From Polyangiaceae bacterium (GTDB lineage Bacteria > Myxococcota_A > Polyangia > Polyangiales > Polyangiaceae): 45,061 bases of DNA. The notes below the pieces were generated by a model. The model was not told where the DNA came from. It saw nothing but the letters and a program-made list of their open reading frames with translations, and searched no databases. Both the position numbers and the translations under genes were made by a program. The stretch is taken from the NCBI GenBank assembly GCA_044222475.1, contig JBGANF010000058.1, forward strand, positions 1 through 45,061, given 5' to 3'. Position 1 is the first letter of the stretch. Each line of letters begins with the position of its first letter. This document shows positions 34,856-42,729 of this stretch, piece by piece.

Positions 34856-36115
34856 TCACCGGCCGAACTCGCCTAGCGCTCCGCCCGTCTTGATGTCGAA
34901 GATGTCGAGCCAGTCGCCGTGGCTGAGGTACAGGCGCGACGACGAGAACGCGATCGAGCGCGCCTCGTCGCCGTGCTTCGAGCCCGGGACGACGATGTCC
35001 CATATCCGCGCGCCGCTGCTCGCGTCGAGGCAGGCGAGCCTCCACTTCGAGTCCTTCAGCTCGTACTGGACGTACGCCCGCCCGCCCGTCAGCTCGGCGA
35101 TGCTCGACGCGACGCCGAGCACGTTGGTGACCGAGTCGGGCGGGAGCACGAGGCTGAAGCCGACCTTCGACGTCGCGCGATCGAAGCCCACCGCCATGGG
35201 CACCGGCTTCGCCGCGTCGCTCGTGCCGAGGGCGATGCCGACGTTGCCGTCGAAGAGAATTCGGACCGGCTTGAATCCGGCAACCTTCGGCGCGGACTCG
35301 GGCCCGACGCACTCGGCCTTGGACCGGACGTTCTCGCACGCGGGCACGGTCGAGAACCCTCGGCAGCCGGGCGGGGCGGTAGGGGAGCTCGTCGTAGCGC
35401 CGGTGTTCAGATCGAGGGTCACGCCCCGATCGCCGACGACGTCGATCCAGACGCTGCCGCCCGGGACCGCACAGATGCTCCGCGCGCGATCCGGCAGCTT
35501 CGTCGAGAACTGCTCCTTGCCGCTCAGCGCGTCGAACCCGTAGACGATGCCGCGGTAGTCGGTCATCAAGACGTGCCCCGACGCGAACGCGAAGTGAGTC
35601 GAGCCCTTGCCCTGCGAGAGGCGACCGAACGGCCCGGCGTACCACTCGCGCTCGTGCGTGGTCCCGTCGAACAGGCCGATGTAGACGGCGTGGTCCTTGC
35701 GGGTCTCCCCCTTGCCGGCGGTCCAGAACGCGCCGACGAAGTCCTCGTCGTTGCCGACTTTGGCGATCGTCGGCGGGTCGTTCTGGGCGTCCCACTCGAC
35801 GTCCTCCGCGGCGTCGTGGGAGATCGTCACCGGGACGTCGTTGAGGCCCCCCGCGACCGCGCTGTGGTGGTGCGTGAAATAGTAGACGGCTCCGCCGATC
35901 GCGGCGGCGCCGAGCACCGCGAACACGACCGGCCCGCTTCCGCGTTTCTCCACTGGCGGAGGAGGCGGTCTCGAGTCGCGCCGCGGTTCGCGGTCGCGCG
36001 CCCACGGAACCGGGACGTCCTCGTTGCAGTACGAGCAGTGCGCGGTGTCAGCCTTCTTCTCTGCGTGGAGCGGCGCGCCACACCGCGGACAGTCGAACCG
36101 CTCGGCACGGCTCAT
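34856..36115 (-). CDS. Membrane protein: N-terminal zinc ribbon, TM helix, PQQ-like beta-propeller
   Basis: CPRCGA...CSYC, TM PVVFAVLGAAAIGGAVYYF, FDALSGKEQF / LDASSGARIW / FDIKTG repeats. Confidence 0.75.
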   Translation of the reverse strand: MSRAERFDCPRCGAPLHAEKKADTAHCSYCNEDVPVPWARDREPRRDSRPPPPPVEKRGSGPVVFAVLGAAAIGGAVYYFTHHHSAVAGGLNDVPVTISHDAAEDVEWDAQNDPPTIAKVGNDEDFVGAFWTAGKGETRKDHAVYIGLFDGTTHEREWYAGPFGRLSQGKGSTHFAFASGHVLMTDYRGIVYGFDALSGKEQFSTKLPDRARSICAVPGGSVWIDVVGDRGVTLDLNTGATTSSPTAPPGCRGFSTVPACENVRSKAECVGPESAPKVAGFKPVRILFDGNVGIALGTSDAAKPVPMAVGFDRATSKVGFSLVLPPDSVTNVLGVASSIAELTGGRAYVQYELKDSKWRLACLDASSGARIWDIVVPGSKHGDEARSIAFSSSRLYLSHGDWLDIFDIKTGGALGEFGR

Positions 36116-37044
36116 TTCGTTCCCCCTCGCCCCCCCTCGGGGCTCGTTTGGCAGACCGCTCGAATCTTCGGCGACACGGTGATCGGATCCAACACCGGGC
36201 GCGGCTCGTTCTTCAGCCACTCGGCGCATGCGGCCTGCGCGGCCGCGTGGGCATCGAGCGCGACGTACGCTTCCAGCATGGCGCGATGGATCGTCGCGAG
36301 CTGGGCCTTGCTCAGGTCGGTCGTGCCGAGCAGGCGAGCCCCGCGCGTGATCGCTTCGATGTAGCGGCCCGCGCGTACGTCGGCGAGGAGGAGCGGAAGC
36401 TCACCGTCGACCTTGCGCTGCAGCTCGAGCGACGCGCCCGCGCCCTGCGAGCGCGCGCGGATGTCGGCTTGTGCCGCCTCGTGCTTTCCGGTCTCGGTGA
36501 GATCGACCGAAGAGAGGGGGACGAGGACGACGTCCCCGCGAACGAGCTTCCACTGCTTGCGCCCGTTGAACGCGTCGAGCGTCCATCCCTTGTTCGCGTC
36601 GCCGAGGTACCGGTTCGCGAGGCGGGTCGTGGTCTCGCCCTCGGCGGCGATGTGGGTGAGGACGTACGGGATCTTCACCTCCTGCTCGGGCGACGGAGCG
36701 ATCCACGGCACCGCGTCGTTCACGAGGGCCAGCTCGTCGGCGCGGCCCGAGTCGCCCAGCTCGTCGCGCGCGATCGAAGGCCACGTCTCGCGTTCGAGGA
36801 CGCGGTGGTACGAGCAGGCCGGGATCTCGAGCCGCATGCCGGGGACGATGACGCTCCCGCCTTGGACGTCGAGCGCGTTCGCGTCGGCGATGATGAGCTC
36901 CTTGCGCGCGTCGCCGTACATGCGCGTCGCGATCTGCGACAGCGTCTCGCCGGGGCGCACGATGTGGATGAAGCCGTGAGCGTCGGTCGACGCGGCGAGA
37001 GCGACCGCGACGAGCGAGACCAAGATGGGGATGCGGCGGATCAT
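36112..37044 (-). CDS. LysM repeat protein
   Basis: Signal peptide, HIVRPGETLSQIATRMYG..., HRVLERETWPSIARDELG, HIAAEGETTTRLANRYLG, helical C-terminus. Confidence 0.88.
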   Translation of the reverse strand: MIRRIPILVSLVAVALAASTDAHGFIHIVRPGETLSQIATRMYGDARKELIIADANALDVQGGSVIVPGMRLEIPACSYHRVLERETWPSIARDELGDSGRADELALVNDAVPWIAPSPEQEVKIPYVLTHIAAEGETTTRLANRYLGDANKGWTLDAFNGRKQWKLVRGDVVLVPLSSVDLTETGKHEAAQADIRARSQGAGASLELQRKVDGELPLLLADVRAGRYIEAITRGARLLGTTDLSKAQLATIHRAMLEAYVALDAHAAAQAACAEWLKNEPRPVLDPITVSPKIRAVCQTSPEGGRGGTK

Positions 37045-37114
37045 GGCGGGCCCCCGCAACGTATCGTCCCCGGGACTGAGCGTCGACAGGCGCGCGGCAG
37101 CGGGCGAACCGCTC

Positions 37115-37387
37115 TCAGTCGCGGGCCCCGAGCTTCAGCAGCTCGGCGACTTTGCGATGCTTCTCGACGGGGTGCCGCAGCGGCAAGTTCCCTCGCACGC
37201 GGTAGACGTTGCGCCGCCCATCCCGCTCGTGGGTCACGTACCCGGCCTCCTCGAGGTCGGCGACGATGCGCTGGACGGCCCGCTCGGTGATGCCGACCTC
37301 CTGCGCCAGATCGCGAATGCGCGCTTGGGGCTCCCGCATGATGCAGATCAGGACGTGGGCGTGGTTCGTGAGGAAGGTCCAATTCAT
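37115..37387 (-). CDS. Small winged-helix transcriptional regulator
   Basis: WTFLTNHAHVL...RIRDLAQEVGITERAVQRIVADLEEAGYV...GRRNVY...PLRHP. Confidence 0.88.
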   Translation of the reverse strand: MNWTFLTNHAHVLICIMREPQARIRDLAQEVGITERAVQRIVADLEEAGYVTHERDGRRNVYRVRGNLPLRHPVEKHRKVAELLKLGARD

Positions 37388-37430
37388 TTTTTTGCTTGCG
37401 CGCACTCAGGCTACGGATTACATGAATTGT

Positions 37431-37456
37431 GAAGCACGACACATATGTCGTGTTTC
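37431..37456. promoter_or_regulatory. Inverted repeat (putative operator) between the wHTH regulator and icd
   Basis: GAAgCACGACA-cata-TGTCGTGtTTC. Confidence 0.6.
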
Positions 37457-37487
37457 GCGTCAGTTGACCATACCAAGGAGCATGCCG

Positions 37488-38948
37488 ATGCACCATCGAT
37501 TGGACGGAGCGGGCAAGAAGCGAGTCACGTTGATCCCGGGCGACGGGATCGGTCCCGAGGTCGTCAGGGCGACGCGCTCGATCATCGACGCGACGGGCGT
37601 CGCGATCGCCTGGGAGGAGCGCGAAGCGGGAGCCGAGGTGTTCCGCCGCGGCCTGCCGAGCGGTGTTCCGGCGGAGACGATCGAGTCGATCAAGGAAACG
37701 CGGGTGGCGCTCAAGGGACCGCTGGAGACGCCGGTGGGCTTCGGCGAGAAGAGCGCCAACGTGACGCTGCGCAAGCTGTTCGAGACGTATGCGAACATCC
37801 GCCCGGTCCGCGAGATGCCCAGCGTCCCGACCCGGTTCTCGGGCTCCGGGATCGATCTCGTGATCGTTCGCGAGAACGTCGAAGACCTCTACGCCGGCAT
37901 CGAGCACGGGCAGACGCCGGGCGTCGCGCAGTGCTTGAAGCTCATGTCCCGCAAGGGGTGCGAAAAGATCGTGCGCATGGCGTTCGAGCTCGCGCGCGCG
38001 GAAGGACGGCGGCGTGTCCACTGCGCGACGAAGGCCAACATCATGAAGCTGACCGAAGGCCTGATGAAGAAGACCTTCGAGGAGATTGCGCCCGAGTACC
38101 CCGACATCGACGCCCAGCACATCATCATCGACAACTGCGCCCACCAGCTCGTTCGTTCGCCCGAGCAGTTCGAGGTCATCGTCACGTCGAACATGAACGG
38201 GGACATCATCTCCGACCTCGCGTCGGGGCTCATCGGCGGCCTGGGATTCGCGCCGGGGGCCAACCTCGGGAGCGACGTCGCAATCTTCGAGGCGGTCCAT
38301 GGGAGCGCGCCGAAGTACGCCGGCAAGAACGTCATCAACCCGACGGCGGTTCTGCTGTCGGGTGTCATGATGCTCCGCCACCTCGACGAGTTCGCGGCGG
38401 CGACGTCGATCGAGCAGGCGCTGCTCTTCACGCTCGAGCAGGGCGTGTACACGCGCGACGTGCGGCCGGACGGCAGCGTGTCGACCAGTGCGTTCACCGA
38501 GCGCGTCATCGCGAACCTGGGCCGCAAGCCCGAGCGTTGGAAGGTCCGCGACCATCGCGCCCTCGCGATTCCAGCGCTCTCGAGCGCGCCGGACTTCGTA
38601 CACCCGAAGACGAGGCGCGCCCTGGGAGCCGACGTCTTCGTCGAGTCGGCGCTCTCCGCGGCCGAGCTCGGGGCGAGCCTCGAGGCGGTGGCTGCGCCGA
38701 CGGGCCTCCGCCTGAAGATGATCTCGAACCGCGGGACGAAGGTCCATCCCGCGACGGGAGCCTTGCCCGATTGCGTCGATCACTGGCGCTGCCGCTTCGT
38801 CCTCAGGGACGCCGCCGCGGAGCTCGACGATCGGATGCTCCTCGATCTCCTCGGCCGGGTCTCGGCGGCGCATCGGTGGATGCACGTGGAGAAGCTCCAA
38901 GAGTTCGACGGTTCCGCCGCATACACGCGCGCGCAAGGGGAGGACTGA
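37488..38948 (+). CDS. icd: Isocitrate dehydrogenase (NADP-type with C-terminal extension)
   Basis: TLIPGDGIGPE, LKGPLETPVG.GEKSANVTLRK, RENVEDLYAGIE, KANIMK, NMNGDIISD, FEAVHGSAPKYAGK, C-terminal LKMISNRG...CVDHWRCRF...YTRAQGE. AAGGAG RBS. Confidence 0.93.
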   Translation: MHHRLDGAGKKRVTLIPGDGIGPEVVRATRSIIDATGVAIAWEEREAGAEVFRRGLPSGVPAETIESIKETRVALKGPLETPVGFGEKSANVTLRKLFETYANIRPVREMPSVPTRFSGSGIDLVIVRENVEDLYAGIEHGQTPGVAQCLKLMSRKGCEKIVRMAFELARAEGRRRVHCATKANIMKLTEGLMKKTFEEIAPEYPDIDAQHIIIDNCAHQLVRSPEQFEVIVTSNMNGDIISDLASGLIGGLGFAPGANLGSDVAIFEAVHGSAPKYAGKNVINPTAVLLSGVMMLRHLDEFAAATSIEQALLFTLEQGVYTRDVRPDGSVSTSAFTERVIANLGRKPERWKVRDHRALAIPALSSAPDFVHPKTRRALGADVFVESALSAAELGASLEAVAAPTGLRLKMISNRGTKVHPATGALPDCVDHWRCRFVLRDAAAELDDRMLLDLLGRVSAAHRWMHVEKLQEFDGSAAYTRAQGED

Positions 38949-38950
38949 CC

Positions 38951-39511
38951 ATGAGCCGCTGGCATGACGCCCTCCGTGCGTACCGCAAAACTTCGAACCG
39001 CCCCGCGCGCGACCTCCTCTTCATCCTCGCCGCGGACGACCGCGCCGGCGCAGCCGTCGCAGCATCGTGCGAGCCCGCCATGATCCTCCAGGGTGACCCG
39101 TCCGGTGACGCCTGGCTTCGCGGCATGCTCGATGGAGCATTTCGCCGCGGTGTCCGTCGCATCGTCGTCTGCGGACACCAAACGGACGACCGTTCTCCGA
39201 GCCAACACATGGCGGAGGTCGTCGCGCGCGCTGCGCGGCTCCAGGCCGACCCGGAGATCGGACCGTTGATCCGAGAGCTTCGCGTGGAGGTCATCGGACT
39301 CTGGTTTCACCAGTCCGAAGGAGACGTCTACCAATGCTCCGCCGACGGCCGGTCGCGGCTCCTGGGCGACCTCGGCTTCGCCGAGCTCCTCGGGCTCGAT
39401 CAGGTTCCCACCGAGATGACGCCGTTGACGTCGAGCCCGCAGAACGCGGGAGGACCACCGCGGGGACGGCTCGAGGTGGTCCTCGGCGAGGCTCGGCGCC
39501 GACCCAATTGA
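38951..39511 (+). CDS. Degenerate beta-carbonic anhydrase-like protein
   Basis: LLFILAADDR (cf. xxFITCSDSR), GVRRIVVCGHQTD (cf. IVVCGHxxCG), VIGLWFHQSEGDV (cf. LHGWxYDIxTG). Both Zn-ligand Cys absent. Confidence 0.6.
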   Translation: MSRWHDALRAYRKTSNRPARDLLFILAADDRAGAAVAASCEPAMILQGDPSGDAWLRGMLDGAFRRGVRRIVVCGHQTDDRSPSQHMAEVVARAARLQADPEIGPLIRELRVEVIGLWFHQSEGDVYQCSADGRSRLLGDLGFAELLGLDQVPTEMTPLTSSPQNAGGPPRGRLEVVLGEARRRPN

Positions 39512-39512
39512 G

Positions 39513-40139
39513 TCAGCGGCGCAGCACCTTGAACGCGATGTCGCGCGATCCCACCGCTCGCGAGCTCATCATCCACAGAAGCATCGCCGGCTCCACGAGG
39601 CGGGCGCTGGACAGCGGACCCACGTCGACCGCCTCGAAGCCGATCGCCTCGATCAGCGACTTCACCTTCGCCTTGGCGCCGGCGTCGTCACCGCAGAAGA
39701 AGTTCGACGCGGCGACCCCGCCGTAGACCGGGTTCGCGAGGTTCTCCGCGCCTTGCGCGTTGAACGACTTGACGACGTGCGCGCCGGGGATCGTCTTGGC
39801 GAGCTCTTCGGCGCTCGAGGTCGTGTGGCCGTACTTCAGCGTCATGCCGGCGGGACCGCGCTCGACTGCGTTCGTGCAGTCGATCACGGTCTTGCCCTTC
39901 CAATCGCCGCCGGCGGCGATGACGTCGGTGAGCGCACCGTAGGGCATGGCGAGCGTCACGACCTCGGCGTTGCGGACGGCATCGGCGATCGTGGCGACCT
40001 TGGCGCCGATCGACTTCGCGAGCGCGACGAGCTCCGCGTCGTTCGGGTCGCGAGCCGCGAACGTCACCTCGTGCTCTTTCGCCCACGGTCGGGCGAGGCC
40101 GGCGCCGATGTTCCCGCTTCCAACGATCGCGATCTTCAT
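39513..40139 (-). CDS. NADPH-dependent F420 reductase family oxidoreductase
   Basis: MKIAIVGSGNIG, KTVIDCTN, SSAEE, VVKSFN, CGDDAGAK, GFEAVDVGPL..ARLVEP. Confidence 0.93.
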   Translation of the reverse strand: MKIAIVGSGNIGAGLARPWAKEHEVTFAARDPNDAELVALAKSIGAKVATIADAVRNAEVVTLAMPYGALTDVIAAGGDWKGKTVIDCTNAVERGPAGMTLKYGHTTSSAEELAKTIPGAHVVKSFNAQGAENLANPVYGGVAASNFFCGDDAGAKAKVKSLIEAIGFEAVDVGPLSSARLVEPAMLLWMMSSRAVGSRDIAFKVLRR

Positions 40140-40729
40140 CCGTTCTTCTCCTTTGGGAAAATGAAGCGCGCGAGCGCGCGCGTGAGTCGTGGCATGAGCA
40201 CGTAAGTCATGAAGAAGACCTCGATCGTGATCGTCACGAGGAGGCGCAGAGGCAGAGGTGCCGCCTCGAGCACCAACCCGACGAGCTTACCAATCGACAA
40301 GACCAATCCATACACGACGGCGATCATGACGAGCGCCATGCGGAACCGCGACGGAGTGGGCGCAATCGTACCGGCCGGTGGCGAGAACCAGAGCTCGAGT
40401 CCGCTCAGCTTCTCCCAGAGGGCGTCGCCCTCGACGAAGTCGGAAACCGCCGCGAGGGCGCGCCGTCGGAGATCGCTCTCCTCGAAGCGGCGAAGGTTCT
40501 CCACCGTGTCGAAACGAAAGATGCTCGTGTACTCGCGCGACCCCGCCGTCGGTCGGATCACGTTCGTCCCGAGGAATCCAGGGAGCGACGCGGCATCCTT
40601 CAGGAGGCGCTCGAGCCACGCCTCGTAGTCGCGCTCCCGGCCGGCGCGCACCGTCCGGCGCACGACGACCGTGACGGGCTCGATTGGTTGCCGACCACGA
40701 GCGCGACTCGTGGGGTCTTCCGGGCTCAT
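40136..40729 (-). CDS. ABM-superfamily (antibiotic biosynthesis monooxygenase-like) membrane protein
   Basis: PVTVVVRRTVRAGRERDYEAW, LPGFLG, FRFDT, SGLELWF, PSRFRMAL, MTYVLMP and two TMs. Confidence 0.85.
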   Translation of the reverse strand: MSPEDPTSRARGRQPIEPVTVVVRRTVRAGRERDYEAWLERLLKDAASLPGFLGTNVIRPTAGSREYTSIFRFDTVENLRRFEESDLRRRALAAVSDFVEGDALWEKLSGLELWFSPPAGTIAPTPSRFRMALVMIAVVYGLVLSIGKLVGLVLEAAPLPLRLLVTITIEVFFMTYVLMPRLTRALARFIFPKEKNG

Positions 40730-40788
40730 GGCGAGCACCATCGTCATCGGGCCATGTGTCCACCATGCGAACACCATGCAAATACATG

Positions 40789-40900
40789 TTGCACGCCATG
40801 CAATCCACGTATGGCCATGGTGCCCCAACCTTGCCATCGATGTTCGATCGACGTTCAAAAAACCAGCAACAGCACCATAGAATGATTGCACCACATGGAA
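40789..40900. promoter_or_regulatory. Two LysR-type T-N11-A boxes
   Basis: TTGCA-cgcca-TGCAA (40789-40803) and TTGCA-ccaca-TGGAA (40886-40900, overlapping the lysR start). Confidence 0.55.
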
Positions 40901-41887
40901 CCCTCAGACCTCGCGCTCCTCGCGACCCTCGATGCGTTGTTGCAAGAGGGCAGCGTCACCAAAGCGGCGCGCCGCGTGGGCCTCTCCACTCCCGCGATGA
41001 GCCACGCGCTGGCGCGCATTCGGCAGCGCATCGGCGATCCGCTCCTCGTGCGGGCAGGAAGAGACATGGTGCTCACTCCGCGGGCCGAGGCGATGCGACC
41101 CAAGGTGAGGAGTGCCATCACCCAAGCGGCCCAGGCGCTCGAGCCCGATTCACCGTTCGAAGCCAGCAAGCTCGACCGGAGCTTCGTCGTGGTGGCGAGC
41201 GACTACGTGGTGACCGTTCTCGGCGTCGAGCTCGATGCCGTCTTGCGGCGCGAGGCTCCGCGGGTGGCGTTGCGGTTTCTCGTCAACACGACGGCAGACG
41301 CGGCCACGCTCCGCGAGGGCGCTGCCGATCTCGCGGTGGGGATCTACGGCGAGCTGCCCCCGGAGCTCGTGACGAAGACGCTCCTCACCGATCGTTTCGT
41401 GTGCGTCGTTCGTGCGGATCACCCGCACGTGAAGAGGCGCCTCTCGTTGGACGAGTTCCTCGCGATGGGGCACGTTCAAATCGCGCCACGGGGGCGCGCC
41501 GGCGGCTATGTGGATGGCGTGCTCGCCGAGAAAGGACTCGCGCGGCGCGTGGAGCGCGCCGTGCCGTTCTTCCTGGCTGCGCTTCGACTCACGGCGAAGA
41601 CGGACTACGTCCTCACCGTCTCCGAGCGCGTCGCCAGAGCGACGGTGAGCGACTTCGGTCTGCGCATCCTCGAGCCGCCGCTCGAGCTCCAACCGTACGC
41701 GTTGAAGCAAGTCTGGCATCCCCGATGGGACGGAGACGCTGGGCACCGCTTCCTGCGCGATGCACTGGCGCGTGCGGCGCAGACCGTCGCTGGCGACGTG
41801 CACGAAGGCGCACGGACGAGCTTGAGCGTTCGCGCGCACGCTGAACCGCCAGCGAAGCGTCGTCGGAGGCGGCCCGATCAGAAGTGA
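40895..41887 (+). CDS. LysR family transcriptional regulator (NodD/LeuO-like)
   Basis: DLALLATLDALLQEGSVTKAARRVGLSTPAMSHALARIR...DPLLVR, WHPRWDGDAGHRFLR. Confidence 0.95.
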   Translation: MEPSDLALLATLDALLQEGSVTKAARRVGLSTPAMSHALARIRQRIGDPLLVRAGRDMVLTPRAEAMRPKVRSAITQAAQALEPDSPFEASKLDRSFVVVASDYVVTVLGVELDAVLRREAPRVALRFLVNTTADAATLREGAADLAVGIYGELPPELVTKTLLTDRFVCVVRADHPHVKRRLSLDEFLAMGHVQIAPRGRAGGYVDGVLAEKGLARRVERAVPFFLAALRLTAKTDYVLTVSERVARATVSDFGLRILEPPLELQPYALKQVWHPRWDGDAGHRFLRDALARAAQTVAGDVHEGARTSLSVRAHAEPPAKRRRRRPDQK

Positions 41888-42729
41888 CCGCCCAGCGCCG
41901 CTCCCCACGCGGCGCCCACGGTCGGCGCAATCTCGAGCGCAGCTGCGTGCTTCTTCCCCCGTGGAGCCACGAGGACGAGCGTGACACCCGCGGCGGCGAG
42001 CACGCCGCCCACGACGAACCCGACCGTCGACACGGTCGCTTGAGCGCGCGCTCGGTCGAGCGCGGTGGCATCGCAGAAGCCGGCTTCGCAGTTTGCGCTG
42101 CTCTTGCTCCCGAGCGCGAGACCGCCGAAGAGCGCACCGAGAGCGAGCCCGGAGCCACCGGCGGCGAGTGTGATCCACCCGGCAGCTCGGAGCGCGGGTG
42201 CATCGCCCTGGCTCGCGTCGTCGCAGACGGGGAGGGCAGGCGCGGTCACCGGCGCGGCGGTCGCGTCTTGGGGCGACGAGAGGACGAGGCGCAGCGGGCG
42301 CGCGCGTTCGCCCTCGACGACCGTGACCTGGCGGTCCGCCGTGCCGCCGTTGATGCCCTCGAGGTGGATCTTGTGCGGACCCGGGTCGATCTCGAAGTCG
42401 CTGCCGAGGCGGCTTCCGACCAAGTGTCCGTCGACCCAGACCTTGACGTTGACGAGAGAGGCACCCTCGTCGTCGATCGCCGAGATGGCGATGGATGGGA
42501 TGGCGCGCTCCACTTCGCCGAGCCAGGTGGTGCAGTCGTCGCGTACCACTTTGGGACAAGACTCGGCGGCGCAGATCCGGAGTTGGGCGCGCGTATCGAC
42601 GAGGCGGTGGAGATCGCGGAGGTCCTGCGCCTTCGCCGAGGCGTCGATGCAGGCCGCCTTGTCTTGGGCCAAGGCAGGCCCGGCGACCGTGAGCGATGCG
42701 GCGGTGAGCGCGATCGCCGCGCGCTTCAC
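41878..42729 (-). CDS. Exported PEGA-like domain protein with C-terminal membrane segments
   Basis: GTG start overlapping the kinase stop. Signal peptide, C...CPKVVRDDC..W, VWVDG...EIDPGPH, hydrophobic tail ending GGHF. Confidence 0.75.
   Translation of the reverse strand: MKRAAIALTAASLTVAGPALAQDKAACIDASAKAQDLRDLHRLVDTRAQLRICAAESCPKVVRDDCTTWLGEVERAIPSIAISAIDDEGASLVNVKVWVDGHLVGSRLGSDFEIDPGPHKIHLEGINGGTADRQVTVVEGERARPLRLVLSSPQDATAAPVTAPALPVCDDASQGDAPALRAAGWITLAAGGSGLALGALFGGLALGSKSSANCEAGFCDATALDRARAQATVSTVGFVVGGVLAAAGVTLVLVAPRGKKHAAALEIAPTVGAAWGAALGGHF
42543..42557. repeat. Dispersed 15-bp palindrome copy 10 (GTACCACTTTGGGAC)
   Basis: Exact consensus match. Encodes CPKVVR with TGT/AAA/GTA codons. 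Confidence 0.8.

Noticed and set aside
37445..39511. 688-aa ORF suggesting a large fusion protein
   Set aside because: Only the part from ATG 38951 looks coding. The rest is an alternate frame of icd. The same applies to the N-terminal extensions of 5636..7411, 18120..19598, 24294..26066 and 41878..43842.
1892..42557. The 15-bp palindrome as parS, matS, NBS or a CRISPR repeat
   Set aside because: It does not match TGTTTCACGTGAAACA, GTGACRNYGTCAC or ATTTCCCGGGAAAT. Copies are kilobases apart, so there is no repeat-spacer array.
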